DNA from: an uncultured bacterium
GTDB lineage: Bacteria > Fidelibacterota > Marinisomatia > Marinisomatales > UBA1611
NCBI GenBank assembly: GCA_943788175.1
Contig: CALSPG010000005.1
Span: 224,001-288,000 of the forward strand
DNA length: 64,000 nucleotides
Direction: 5' to 3'
Positions 53,601-63,084 of the stretch are shown here, piece after piece (position 1 is the first letter of the stretch; the number at the start of each line of letters is the position of its first letter). The position numbers and the translations under genes are program-made. A model generated the notes under the pieces. That model was not told the DNA's origin. It made no database searches and saw only the letters and a program-made list of their open reading frames with translations.

Positions 53601-53808
53601 ACTTACTTCGGTTACCACGTTTGTGGGTTTATTCCCGCTATTAATCGAAAAGAGCGTGCAAGCACAGTTTCTAGTTCCAATGGCGGTTTCACTAGCTTTT
53701 GGTGTATTATTTGCAACTTTTATTACACTAATCTTGGTGCCAACTAGTTATTTAATTATTGAGGATATGAAAGATTTTTCCGCAAAACTATTTAATAAAA
53801 ACGCTTAA
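50644..53808 (+). CDS. RND efflux permease (AcrB family)
   Basis: EVFP, YPGASPEDIE, GIVVDDAVVVGEN, GVVVNDS, RFRPILLTS. Confidence 0.93.
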   Translation: MKNIIRWFILNTVAANLLMIFIIIAGLFTLSRLRMEVFPDITIPIINVSVLYPGASPEDIEESICVKVEEQVQGINGLKRITSSSNESYGSINIEVENGYDIDEVKDEVKSLVDAITSFPDDAEKPTVKSFDGQPEVITIAVHGNVDEVSLLNIAEKVRDEVSDLPSITQTRLGKKPKEISIEISENTLQKYGLSFDYVASKIRSSSMDVPGGAIETYDGEILIRSKGQAYSGDEFGAIPVLSLSDGSTVLLRDIANIVDGFQDVEYDIKFNSEPALLIRVYRTGEQNALDIADEVHKYIIKKNPTMPPGISLTTMKDESVILRGRIELLTENAYLGLVLVLIVLALFLKPKLAAWVSLGIPISFMGGFWLLPLFDVSINMISLFTFILVLGIVVDDAVVVGENIHIFRKRGLNAVDAALEGAYQVAKPVIFAVLTTMVTFSPMILVEGAMGKIWRIIPVVTIVVLIFSLIESLTILPAHLAHMKDDDEEEQNRFLSWWSKVQLVIHNGLQSFIKNQYNPLLRLALKNRGNTIAISISILIFTIGFVASGFIKFNFFPPLEADIVIAGVEYPEGTPVQITKVGLEQVEKSAYRLKDSLEVLYPDKEIFINMVSTAGDQPIKTQSARGPGNLDANFFGSHLAECVIELAPGEERPVSTIEISKIWRELTGPIAGVKQVTFDSDLFSSGAPIEIQLSSISRGDLKEVTSILKDKLQTYAGVFDIKDSFSAGKDEIKLSLRPEAQNYGITMASLARQVRQAFYGEEVQRVQRGRDEIKVFLRYPKEERASLNNLEQMNVRVGNDIEVPLGQVASSELSSGYSTITRTDRKRSISVTADVDLSEANANEILAKFEKEHILPILESYPNVIYSFEGEQREQRDTLGSLFKNFALALFIVYVLLAIPFKSYSQPLIIMSAIPFGFTGAVIGHVIMGMNLAVLSIIGIVALSGVVVNDSLVMVDFINRYRQEDGKSCLEAALAAGPRRFRPILLTSVTTFVGLFPLLIEKSVQAQFLVPMAVSLAFGVLFATFITLILVPTSYLIIEDMKDFSAKLFNKNA

Positions 53809-53853
53809 AACGCTCATTATTGATTGACAAGGTCAGCTGGTTTCAATTAAATT
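53798..53853 (+). promoter_or_regulatory. 9-bp tandem repeat site plus sigma70 promoter
   Basis: AAAACGCTT-AAAACGCTC-A (53798-53816), 7 nt, TTGACA (53824-53829), 18 nt, TAAATT. Confidence 0.65.
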
Positions 53854-53896
53854 ATAAATAATATATTTGTGGCATTTAAATAATAAGGTATAAAAA

Positions 53897-54826
53897 ATGA
53901 AAGTTGCAGTTTTTGGTGGCACTGGGTTCGTAGGTTCATACTTAATAGAGCATCTTCTTGAACAGGGTCATCATCCAAGGCTTCTAGTTCGTAAGGGCTC
54001 AGATAGTAAAGTGATTTCTTCTCAGAATTGTGAGATTATCAACGGTGACATCAATGATAAAAATTCAATTAAAGAAACTATTTCCGGTGTAGAAGCAGTT
54101 ATTTATACGATTGGAATTATTAGAGAGTTCAAATCAAAGGGCGTGACTTTTGAAAATGCCCACTTTGATGGAGCTGTTAAATGTATTGACGCTGCAGAAG
54201 AGGCAGGTGTAAATAAGTTCATTCTCATGAGCGCAAATGGTGTTTGCCCTGATGGGACGGGTTATCAAAAAACAAAATGGATGTCTGAACAATATCTTAA
54301 GAATACGAAATTGAATTGGACAATTTTTAGACCCTCCACAATTTTTGGAGATCCAAGAGGTAGCGGCCGTCCTGAATTTTGTTCGCAACTGAAAAAAGAT
54401 ATGATTGGTTTGCCATTTCCTGCTCCCCTTTTTCATGAGGGTCTTAATCCTTTTGATGCGGGAAATTTTTCTATGTCCCCGATTCATATTAAAGATGTCG
54501 CTAAAAGTTTTATCAGCTCGTTAAACAATAAAAAGCTAGAAAAAAAAACAATAGAGCTCGGGGGACAGGCTTTTACTTGGAAACAAATTATTAAAAATAT
54601 AGGCATAGCTTCTGGTAAAAATAAATTTATGGTTCCTGCGCCAGTATTTGCTGTCAAATTAGTTGCTAATATTTTAGATAGATTTAGTTGGTTTCCAGTT
54701 ACGGCTGACCAGTTAACCATGCTGGTTGAGGGCAATACTTGTGATTCTTCAAAGTTTTTTACTGAAAATGAATTAATACCAATTCCTTTTAATGAAGAAA
54801 ATCTTTCCTATCTAGGTAAAGATTAA
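53897..54826 (+). CDS. NAD(P)-binding epimerase-like protein (NDUFA9 family)
   Basis: GGTGFVG, GIIRE, MSANG, YQKTK, FRPSTIFG. Confidence 0.85.
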   Translation: MKVAVFGGTGFVGSYLIEHLLEQGHHPRLLVRKGSDSKVISSQNCEIINGDINDKNSIKETISGVEAVIYTIGIIREFKSKGVTFENAHFDGAVKCIDAAEEAGVNKFILMSANGVCPDGTGYQKTKWMSEQYLKNTKLNWTIFRPSTIFGDPRGSGRPEFCSQLKKDMIGLPFPAPLFHEGLNPFDAGNFSMSPIHIKDVAKSFISSLNNKKLEKKTIELGGQAFTWKQIIKNIGIASGKNKFMVPAPVFAVKLVANILDRFSWFPVTADQLTMLVEGNTCDSSKFFTENELIPIPFNEENLSYLGKD

Positions 54827-54828
54827 TA

Positions 54829-55338
54829 TTGAAATATTTAATTGGATTAAGTGTACTAGCTATGTTCTCACTAACTATAAATACCTTTTTTTCAAAGAAA
54901 ATTTATTTAGCTGAAGGTGAATTAGCTCCCCATTTTGAGTTGTTGGATCAAGATGAAAATCTTATTTCATCCACAGATTTTAATGGTAGAAGAAGTGTCA
55001 TATATTTTTTCCCTTACGCTGACACTCCTGGTTGAGTAAAAGAAGCTTGCGGGTTCCGCAATATTTATGAAGAATTTGAAAAAAATAATATTTCAGTTTT
55101 TGGAATTAGTTACAATAATCCAAGTGCTTTAAAAAAGTTTAAAGTTAGGTACAACCTGCCTTTTAGCTTTCTTTCAGACACAAAAAAAGTTGTTGCAAAA
55201 AGTTTTGGAGCGGATGGCTTACTTACTCCAAAAAGAATGACTTTTGTCATTGATGAAAACGGTAAAGTTGAAAAAATATATAAGAAAGTGAATATTAATA
55301 CACATGCAGAAACTATACTCAAAGATCTTATTAGCTAA
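54829..55338 (+). CDS. bcp: Selenocysteine-containing peroxiredoxin BCP/PrxQ (UGA at 55033-55035)
   Basis: YFFPYADTPG-UGA-VKEAC. The frame stays open for 100 more codons (GIS, LPFSFLSD, KRMTFVIDENG, HA) to TAA at 55336-55338. Confidence 0.88.
55047..55061 (+). promoter_or_regulatory. Bacterial SECIS-like hairpin
   Basis: TTGCGG-GTT-CCGCAA starting 11 nt after the UGA, with G in the loop. Confidence 0.7.
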
Positions 55339-57664
55339 GATAATTACCATAACCGCTCTGCAGCTAAATATTGCAAGCGCTCAACAAGATGGTTCTGTAT
55401 ACGGTTTTGTTACCGATAGCTCAAATGGTGAAGCACTAATTGGGGCAAACGTATTTATTAATGAACTTGGACTTGGAATGGCAACTGATATTAATGGTTA
55501 TTACGTATTGCAAGGAATAACTCCAGGTACACATGAGATCTTAGTATCATATGTTGGATACGAAATTTTATCTGAAAGAATTGAAATAGTCGATGGTGAT
55601 GCTCTAAAACTTGATTTGGTTTTAAGGGAAGAAATTGTTTCAATTGGTGAGGTTGAAGTAACTGCCGAAAAATTAAAGAGGAAAAACAATATTCAGCCAA
55701 GCACAGTAAACCTTTCGCCCAGAATGCTTAGGTCTGCACCTGCTCTTGCTGAACCCGATTTATTTAGAACAATCCAAGCCCTGCCTGGGGTACTGACTAC
55801 ATCGGAATTTAGCACTGGTCTAGTCATTAGAGGTGGTAATACAGATCAAAACCTCATACTCCTCGATGGTGTGACAGTGTATAACCCCTCACATTTGGGA
55901 GGGATTTTCTCTAATTTTATTGTCGATGGTGTAAAAGAAGCAGAGTTAATTAAAGGTGCCTACAATGCTGAATATGGTGGTCGATTATCTGCAGTATTAA
56001 ATATTATAAGTAGAGAGGGAAACAAAAAGAAAGTTGAAGGAAAAGCGAACCTTTCTTTGTTATCTGCTCAAGCGACATTAGAAGGACCTTTTTACAAAGG
56101 TGCTTGGGTTTTTTCTGGTAGAAGGACATACTTTGACAAGATATTTCAAAATGTTCCTAGTATTCCTCCATATTATTTTTACGATATTCAGAGTCATATA
56201 TATTCTGATTTAACACCTAAAGATAGAATCTCGTTGAGCTTCTACAATGGTGTTGATGATTTAATTTTTGATACGTTTGGTCTTGCTGGGCGTTGGGGTA
56301 ATAGAACGATAAGCACACAATATAGACGAGTTTTTTCTGAAAAACTTATTGGAAATTTTTTACTCGCGAATAGTCTATTTTTTACAGAATTTGGTTTAGG
56401 TGGATCTAATGGATTAAACAGTGATAACGAAATAGATGATGCTACTTTAGCGGCTAATTTTTCATGGTTTAAATCATCTACTTCTGTGATAAAATTCGGT
56501 GCACAGATCAAAAATTTGGGTTTTCTATATACAAACTCCTTTAATGATTCTTTACAGTTTAAAATTAAAACAAAACCAAAAGAGTATGCTGGTTACGCAA
56601 AATTAAAATATTCTCCATCTGAAAAGTTTATTCTTGAGCCAGGAGTGAGAATTAACTTATATAATGTATATAGCGATTCTATTTTTCCTGATTTGCGTTT
56701 TGGTATGAAATATTTATTAACAGAAGATAGGTATATCAATTTCTCTGTCGGTAATTATCATCAATTTATTGCCACTTTTCAAGATGATTACAATCCAACT
56801 ATTTTGGACCAATGGATAGCTGTAGACAATACAGTAGATCCAGCTAAGTCTTCTCAAATCGTTTTAGGCTATGAAGAATACATAAATGATTTGTATAAAC
56901 TACAGATCGAGGGGTATTACAAAGATATTAAAAATTTATTCACCTTTGAAGAATCCAGATCAACTACAGATGAGGCTATTTCTGATACTGCTCTTTCTGA
57001 TATTGTAACGCCTTCGAATGGTTACGCTTACGGCTTAGAGTTGTTTGCACAAAAAATGAGTGGAAGATTAAGCGGTTGGTTAGCATATACATATTCTGTT
57101 TCTAGAAAATCAATGAACAGCATTTTTTATGATAAAAATGAAGAATATTATAATAGTTGGGATAGAACTCATTCTTTTAGTGCGCTGGGCAACTACCAGA
57201 TAAGCAAGAAGTGGGATATGAACTGGAAAATGTCTCTGCAGTCTGGTCAAGCTTATACGCCTATCATTGGATATTATAACCAGATATTGCCCGAGAGTCC
57301 TGATGAGGTTTATAGAACAATTCCCGGGACTAGGAACTCAGCGAGATATTCACCATATAGCAGATTAGATCTAGGTTTTGTATACCACACTAAATTCTTT
57401 GGTTCAAAAATGGATGTATATGTCCAAATAATTAACCTTTTTAATAGAAAAAATACTTTTAGAAAATCATACAATGTAGGAAGTATATATAATGGCATCG
57501 ATGATGATAGAGATTGGGATGAAGAAAAACATGATACCAACGGGAACGGGCAACCAGATGTTGGCGAATATAATGTTGATGAAGAAGATGAAGGCAGACT
57601 CCAAGTCAATGATATCAGCTTATTTCCAATCATTCCTACAATTGGCTTTAGTTGGGAGTTTTAA
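55304..57664 (+). CDS. TonB-dependent receptor with CarboxypepD_reg-like N-domain
   Basis: GFVTDSSNGEALIGANV, LPGV, IRGG..DQN..LLDG, YGGRLS, C-terminal WEF. Confidence 0.9.
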   Translation: MQKLYSKILLAKIITITALQLNIASAQQDGSVYGFVTDSSNGEALIGANVFINELGLGMATDINGYYVLQGITPGTHEILVSYVGYEILSERIEIVDGDALKLDLVLREEIVSIGEVEVTAEKLKRKNNIQPSTVNLSPRMLRSAPALAEPDLFRTIQALPGVLTTSEFSTGLVIRGGNTDQNLILLDGVTVYNPSHLGGIFSNFIVDGVKEAELIKGAYNAEYGGRLSAVLNIISREGNKKKVEGKANLSLLSAQATLEGPFYKGAWVFSGRRTYFDKIFQNVPSIPPYYFYDIQSHIYSDLTPKDRISLSFYNGVDDLIFDTFGLAGRWGNRTISTQYRRVFSEKLIGNFLLANSLFFTEFGLGGSNGLNSDNEIDDATLAANFSWFKSSTSVIKFGAQIKNLGFLYTNSFNDSLQFKIKTKPKEYAGYAKLKYSPSEKFILEPGVRINLYNVYSDSIFPDLRFGMKYLLTEDRYINFSVGNYHQFIATFQDDYNPTILDQWIAVDNTVDPAKSSQIVLGYEEYINDLYKLQIEGYYKDIKNLFTFEESRSTTDEAISDTALSDIVTPSNGYAYGLELFAQKMSGRLSGWLAYTYSVSRKSMNSIFYDKNEEYYNSWDRTHSFSALGNYQISKKWDMNWKMSLQSGQAYTPIIGYYNQILPESPDEVYRTIPGTRNSARYSPYSRLDLGFVYHTKFFGSKMDVYVQIINLFNRKNTFRKSYNVGSIYNGIDDDRDWDEEKHDTNGNGQPDVGEYNVDEEDEGRLQVNDISLFPIIPTIGFSWEF

Positions 57665-58879
57665 ATGATAAATAATATGAAATTAATAATTCAAATCTTT
57701 TTTATATCAACCTTATTTCAATCATGTTCTTTTGATAACAATAATATAGAATATGAAGAACAGCTTGTAGTCTTTGCATCAATAAATGCTGGATTTCCTG
57801 TATTTGATACTGTATTTGTGTCTAGAACGGCAGGTGTTGAAGAGTCAGTAGATGCGGCAAATCTGTATATTGAAAATGCGAACGTAAAATTGATAAATAT
57901 GTCAGATAGTACAGAATTGAATTTTTATTCGATAGGTAACGGAAGATACTATCCAGTAGATATTTCGATGCAAAACGTAGACTCAATTTCAAGATACTGG
58001 CTTGATTACATTATTAAATCTGGAACTTCTTATCGTTTAGTCGTGAGTAGCGGTCAGGATTCTGTGATTGCTCAAACTAATGTACCTGAAAAAATAAGCA
58101 TCACGCCAGCAAATATGCCTGACTACAATTGTCCTGATGGTAGTAATCAGCCAGTGAGCACTATTGATGTAAATAATTTAGACAATTTGACATTTGATCA
58201 AATGCTTTCTCTTTATTTAGACCCATTAGATTACATTGAAAGTAATAGTATAAATGTAGATTCTGTTGAATTTAAAATTGGAGATTGTTACACCAAAAGC
58301 TTCGCAAGTATCCCTATGTTTGCAGTTGATTTTAATCAAGATGATTACAATACAATACAAATTATATCAAATGCTCTAGAGACTGACGCCGTCGGTCTTG
58401 AGCCGTTTAATGATGAAAATGGTAATGGTACCTTTGATGAAGGGGAAAGTTTTTCAGATAGAAACAGTAACAGTGTGCGAGACAGTTGTTACATCAATCT
58501 AATTTATAGTGATGAAAAGGGCCTTTTTGATAATGATAGTTTAGAATATAACAGATTAGCAAATATTTGGAAAAACCCTCTGAAAAAAGGTGGAGCAGAT
58601 GGAACATGGCGTGAAAACAGCCCATATAGAAATAATCCATGGCTATGGAATGCAGATAGAGCGCCATCTCCAATTATGTGGCTTTATTTTGATTATTATG
58701 GTCACTACATGATGACATATAAGTCGACTAGTGATTCATATTTTAATTATTTCAAAGGAGACCCTGTTGGGCAAAACATATACTTGCTTCCAGAATCAAA
58801 TTTTGAAGGCGGTCTTGGCGTATTTTATAGTTCTTCCTCAGCGTCTTTTCTTGTTAAAATAATAGAGCCAAGTAATTGA
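57665..58879 (+). CDS. Lipoprotein partner of the TBDR (DUF4249-like)
   Basis: LFQSC lipobox; C-terminal SNFEGGLGVF. Confidence 0.7.
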   Translation: MINNMKLIIQIFFISTLFQSCSFDNNNIEYEEQLVVFASINAGFPVFDTVFVSRTAGVEESVDAANLYIENANVKLINMSDSTELNFYSIGNGRYYPVDISMQNVDSISRYWLDYIIKSGTSYRLVVSSGQDSVIAQTNVPEKISITPANMPDYNCPDGSNQPVSTIDVNNLDNLTFDQMLSLYLDPLDYIESNSINVDSVEFKIGDCYTKSFASIPMFAVDFNQDDYNTIQIISNALETDAVGLEPFNDENGNGTFDEGESFSDRNSNSVRDSCYINLIYSDEKGLFDNDSLEYNRLANIWKNPLKKGGADGTWRENSPYRNNPWLWNADRAPSPIMWLYFDYYGHYMMTYKSTSDSYFNYFKGDPVGQNIYLLPESNFEGGLGVFYSSSSASFLVKIIEPSN

Positions 58880-58898
58880 GCCGTTGTTAATAAAAGAG

Positions 58899-58970
58899 TA
58901 GCCCGTAGGAGAATCGAACTCCTGTTGCCAGGATGAAAACCTGGAGTCCTAACCACTAGACGAACGGGCC
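58899..58970 (-). tRNA. tRNA-Glu(TTC), CCA not encoded
   Basis: GGCCCGTTCGTCTAGTGGTTAGGACTCCAGGTTTTCATCCTGGCAACAGGAGTTCGATTCTCCTACGGGCTA folds as a cloverleaf with anticodon TTC. Confidence 0.96.
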
Positions 58971-59051
58971 AAATTGTTTAGAATGTCTTGCAGACAGATG
59001 TCAAATTTATTTAAACATCTAAGCGAGGCCAACAACTTTTAACAGTTAAGT

Positions 59052-59366
59052 CTAACTATTTGCTTTGTCGAGTATATCAAGGAGTTGTCCATTCTGATGA
59101 AGCTCATTAGTGATATCAGCTCCTCCAACTAGTTCTCCTTTTACAAATAACTGAGGAATGGTCGGCCAACCAGAATGCTCACTTAATTTTATACGAATGT
59201 TTGGATCTGTTAAAACATTTACATCCTTATAATTTATTCCATAATGGTTGAGAATTTGTACTACATTGTTAGAAAAACCACACTGGGGCATCTCTTTTGT
59301 CCCCTTCATGTAAAGAATGATCGAGTTATTACTTATATCATCAACTATTTGTTCTTTTAAATCCAT
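59052..59366 (-). CDS. grxD: Monothiol glutaredoxin Grx4
   Basis: MKGT...PQCGFS, WPTIPQL, GGAD. Confidence 0.95.
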   Translation of the reverse strand: MDLKEQIVDDISNNSIILYMKGTKEMPQCGFSNNVVQILNHYGINYKDVNVLTDPNIRIKLSEHSGWPTIPQLFVKGELVGGADITNELHQNGQLLDILDKANS

Positions 59367-59443
59367 ATTATAACCTTATTTATAATTTTTTTATTGGTAG
59401 AGTTTAAGAATGTTTTATGATAAACATAAAAACCTATCATAAT

Positions 59444-60319
59444 TTATTTTTTATTAATTAGGTAAACAGCGACGACTGATAAAATACCACCTAAAATAGT
59501 TGTAAATAAAATCTCTTCGCTAAGAATTATTTTTGAAAAAACAATGGCAGTTAATGGAACAATAAAAATAAATGAACTGGCTTTTACAGCTCCAATTTTA
59601 GATGAAGCAAAGAAATACATTGTATTTGCAAATGACATTACAACTATTGAAAGCAGAAAAATATTTATCCAAAAAGGCGAGTCGTAGTTTGTGACTCGGG
59701 AAATAGAATCTAATTCACAAAAAGATAATGAAATTATTGAAGCAAATAAAAAGCTCCAAAAACTGAAAGCAAGAAAATGAATACGGTTTTTAGATTTTTG
59801 AGATGCAATTGTAACAGAAACCCATGAACAAGATGCCAATATATAAAATAGATTTCCAGAACGAATCATTAAATCCAAGTCCATTTCCCACAATCGCATG
59901 ATAATGCCTCCACCAATAAGACCTAAAATTAGGCCCAGTAGTTCTTTTGACTTTGCTGATGATCTATCTAAGAATGAAAAAACAAACAAAGATGTAAGAA
60001 TTGGATTTAAAGTTGTTACTAGTACTCCTCCAACACCTGCAAGTCCCATATGTGTTGATCTAAAATAAAAATAATTGTAAGAACATAATGAAACTGCATT
60101 CCAAAAAATGAAGATAAATCCTTTTTTGTCCACTTTAAATGAGATGTGATACTTTATTAAAATTGGGATTAAGGCAATTGAAGCAAAAAAGAAGCGTAAG
60201 AATATTTTATCAGCAACATTTCCATAGGGTCCAAGTATTTTTGCGCCTACCCAAGAATAACCCCATGTTATCATTGCAAAAATCATAAGCAATGTGAATT
60301 TTTTTTCTTCGTTTTTCAA
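59444..60319 (-). CDS. DMT/EamA family transporter
   Basis: WG.SW, LRF, ~10 TM helices, P...LSE. Confidence 0.85.
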   Translation of the reverse strand: MKNEEKKFTLLMIFAMITWGYSWVGAKILGPYGNVADKIFLRFFFASIALIPILIKYHISFKVDKKGFIFIFWNAVSLCSYNYFYFRSTHMGLAGVGGVLVTTLNPILTSLFVFSFLDRSSAKSKELLGLILGLIGGGIIMRLWEMDLDLMIRSGNLFYILASCSWVSVTIASQKSKNRIHFLAFSFWSFLFASIISLSFCELDSISRVTNYDSPFWINIFLLSIVVMSFANTMYFFASSKIGAVKASSFIFIVPLTAIVFSKIILSEEILFTTILGGILSVVAVYLINKK

Positions 60320-60384
60320 AATATGATTATAAAATAGATTACAAGATACTAGGAAATAAATATGTTCTCCACGTAAAATAAATC

Positions 60385-61275
60385 ATGGAAACTAAATATC
60401 CACTAATAAAAAGAGGTTGGTTAAGGGCACTTTTGTTCTTCTTTACTTTTTTTATATTCATAACGCTATTTGATTTAGTAGGTATAGCTATTGTCGCATA
60501 TTATAGTGAATATGGTTTTGAAGAATTCATTTCAGATCCAGAATTAATAATGGAAAATAAAATGATGTTGTTGATGATGGTATGTCAACTTATTGGCACT
60601 ATTTTCACTGTTGGTCTTTTTCAAAAGTTTATTAATAGAGAAGGTTTTGCTTCCATTGGTTTGAATTTTGTTGGTTTTAAAATTGACTTTTATAAAGGGC
60701 TCTTGGCAGGAACTGTTTTAATTTGCTCTGGTTTCATACTACTAACAGTTTTAAATCTTACGTTAATAGATTTAACTTATTTTTCTTTATATGATCAAAT
60801 ATTTTATTTTTTCCTTTTTGCGATTGTATCGTTAAATGAGGAAATAGCAATAAGAGGATACATTTTACATAATTTGAGTAGCTCCTTTAATAAGTATGTT
60901 GCTTTGATTATATCTTCCTTGGTTTTTATGATTATGCATCTCGGAAATCCAAATATTGGAATTTTGCCTTTAGTAAATTTATTTCTTGCTGGAATATTTT
61001 TAGGAATTTATACAATACATAAAAATAATTTATGGTTTCCCATAGGTGCACATTTAACATGGAATTATCTGCAAGGACCAATATTTGGTTTTGAAGTTAG
61101 TGGAAATAAAATTAATAGTTTATTTGAACAAAAACCAAATGGCCATGAATTATTAACAGGTGGAAACTTTGGATTTGAAGGTTCTATTATTTTGACTCTT
61201 TTTCTCATGATAAGTATTTTTTATATGGATGGATATTTTCAGAAGACTGAGATATTTAAGCCAAGTACTTTATAA
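60385..61275 (+). CDS. CPBP (Abi/CAAX) intramembrane metalloprotease
   Basis: EEIAIRG, F.IMH, H..WN, GGNFGFEGS. Confidence 0.9.
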   Translation: METKYPLIKRGWLRALLFFFTFFIFITLFDLVGIAIVAYYSEYGFEEFISDPELIMENKMMLLMMVCQLIGTIFTVGLFQKFINREGFASIGLNFVGFKIDFYKGLLAGTVLICSGFILLTVLNLTLIDLTYFSLYDQIFYFFLFAIVSLNEEIAIRGYILHNLSSSFNKYVALIISSLVFMIMHLGNPNIGILPLVNLFLAGIFLGIYTIHKNNLWFPIGAHLTWNYLQGPIFGFEVSGNKINSLFEQKPNGHELLTGGNFGFEGSIILTLFLMISIFYMDGYFQKTEIFKPSTL

Positions 61276-61318
61276 TTCAAACGTTCGCTGAACTACTGAT
61301 AATTAATTAAATTTTCCC

Positions 61319-61960
61319 ATGGTGGAATCATACACAAGCACCTTCATAAATAATTTCATACTGATTTTTGTAGCAATAGATCCTTTTGCTCTTATTCCTA
61401 TTTTTGCAGGTATAACTCATGGTCTAAAAAAAAATGAAATAAAACGTATCTATTTAAGAGCTACTGTTATCTCATTCGTGATCTTATTTTTCTTCTCTAT
61501 TCTTGGGCATTCTTTATTGAGTGTCATGGGCATAAATATAAATTCTTTTAAAATTATTGGTGGACTATTTCTCATTTTTATAGCATTTGAAATGGTGTTT
61601 GAAAAAAGAGACGAAAGACGCCAAAATTTAGCAGATACGGCTCTCGATGAAGCCTCAGTTATTTCATTGGCAACATTTCCTTTAGCGATTCCGCTTATCG
61701 CTGGACCTGGGTCAATTACGATAACGATGCTCATTGCAGAAAATTCGGGACCAGATATAATAAGTAAAATGATTAATTTTTTTCCAGTTACCCTTTCTGT
61801 GTTTTTAGCAGGAATATGTATGTGGCTATCCTCTAAACTTGTTGAAACTATAAGTATGTCTTTATTAAGTGTAATTCAAAGAGTATTTGGATTGCTTCTT
61901 GGAGCGCTTGCAATAGAATATGTTATTTCAGGGATTAAGAACACATTTGGATTAGTATAG
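61319..61960 (+). CDS. MarC family membrane protein
   Basis: IDPF..IPIF, FPLAIPLIAGPG, RVFGLLL. Confidence 0.92.
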   Translation: MVESYTSTFINNFILIFVAIDPFALIPIFAGITHGLKKNEIKRIYLRATVISFVILFFFSILGHSLLSVMGININSFKIIGGLFLIFIAFEMVFEKRDERRQNLADTALDEASVISLATFPLAIPLIAGPGSITITMLIAENSGPDIISKMINFFPVTLSVFLAGICMWLSSKLVETISMSLLSVIQRVFGLLLGALAIEYVISGIKNTFGLV

Positions 61961-61991
61961 GTATTTAATAATTAAATAAAGAGGTGTCAAA

Positions 61992-62174
61992 TTGCCAAAC
62001 GTAAGAAAATTAAAGAGTGGAGAAGAAGCTGAAGAATTAAATTCTTCTGTTCAGCTAATAATTAAAACTAAATGTCCAAAAAAATGGATTATTGAAGATC
62101 TTGAAACTGGACAAAGATATAGAGCAAATGGTACTACTGAAGTCGGTACAATGTTTGATCTAATCGACTATTGA
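61992..62174 (+). CDS. Small hypothetical protein
   Basis: GAGG RBS, TTG start; TKCPKKW...DLETGQ.Y. Confidence 0.65.
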   Translation: MPNVRKLKSGEEAEELNSSVQLIIKTKCPKKWIIEDLETGQRYRANGTTEVGTMFDLIDY

Positions 62175-62191
62175 TTTAAAAAGATTATTTT

Positions 62192-63076
62192 TTGTTAAAT
62201 AAAAATATTTTTTACTATTGTCTATTTTTCTTAACCCTCTTTCTAACATCAAGTGGTTTATATTCACAAAATAGGAAATCTTATTTTGATTGTCCCTGCC
62301 CACAAATAATTGCTCACCAGGGATCATCTCTGGAACTGCCTCCAAACACAGTTGAAGCTTTTGAGTTAGCACTAAACCAAGGTGCAGACATAATTGAACT
62401 AGATATTTGGCTAACTAAAGATGAAGAATGGGTAGTTGTGCATGATGAAAACTTATTAAAAATAACGGGAATTAATAAAAATGTTGGTGAATTGACTTTG
62501 TTGGAGATCAATTCTTTAGATGCCGGATATGGTTTTTATAAAAACAATACTGAACGTACAAGCCTCATTGCTAAGCAATATAAAATTCCATCATTAGAAA
62601 AAATTTTTAAAACTTTTTCAGATGAAAGAATTAATATTGAAATCAAAGATTCAAACCTGAGAGGTCTAGTAAGTCTTATTGATTTAATAAATGAATATAA
62701 AATGAGTGATAACATTCTTATTGTATCATCACATTATAACATAATTAAAAAATTTAGAAAGATGACTGCATATCAAATAATTACAGCAGCTTCAAGGAGC
62801 GATATAATAGGTATGATGTATTGGAGTTGGTTACCTTTATATGAACATAAATTTGATGCTTTTCAACTACCATTCTATTCTAAAACTGTGGAAAAATATA
62901 ATATGAATCATGCTTCATGGCTAAAAGACAAACAAGAAAAGCAATTAGAGGTCCATTATTACACATTAGATGATACAACAGATATCAAGCAAGCAATTTT
63001 AATCGGGGCTAATGGGATTATTACTAACAAGCCAAGGGTAGTGTATGATATCCTTAAAAATTTAGGGATGCGTTAG
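62192..63076 (+). CDS. Glycerophosphodiester phosphodiesterase family
   Basis: IAHQG, NT..AF, ELDI..TKD...VVHD, NIEIK, GIITN.P. Confidence 0.85.
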   Translation: MLNKNIFYYCLFFLTLFLTSSGLYSQNRKSYFDCPCPQIIAHQGSSLELPPNTVEAFELALNQGADIIELDIWLTKDEEWVVVHDENLLKITGINKNVGELTLLEINSLDAGYGFYKNNTERTSLIAKQYKIPSLEKIFKTFSDERINIEIKDSNLRGLVSLIDLINEYKMSDNILIVSSHYNIIKKFRKMTAYQIITAASRSDIIGMMYWSWLPLYEHKFDAFQLPFYSKTVEKYNMNHASWLKDKQEKQLEVHYYTLDDTTDIKQAILIGANGIITNKPRVVYDILKNLGMR

Positions 63077-63084
63077 TTAAGCCT

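Noticed and set aside
54829-55035. Calling bcp a 68-aa protein or a pseudogene
   Set aside because: The UGA is at the catalytic Cys with a SECIS-like hairpin and an intact downstream frame.
58899-58970. tRNA-Glu as the integration site of a genomic island
   Set aside because: No duplicated tRNA 3' end or integrase seen in the window.
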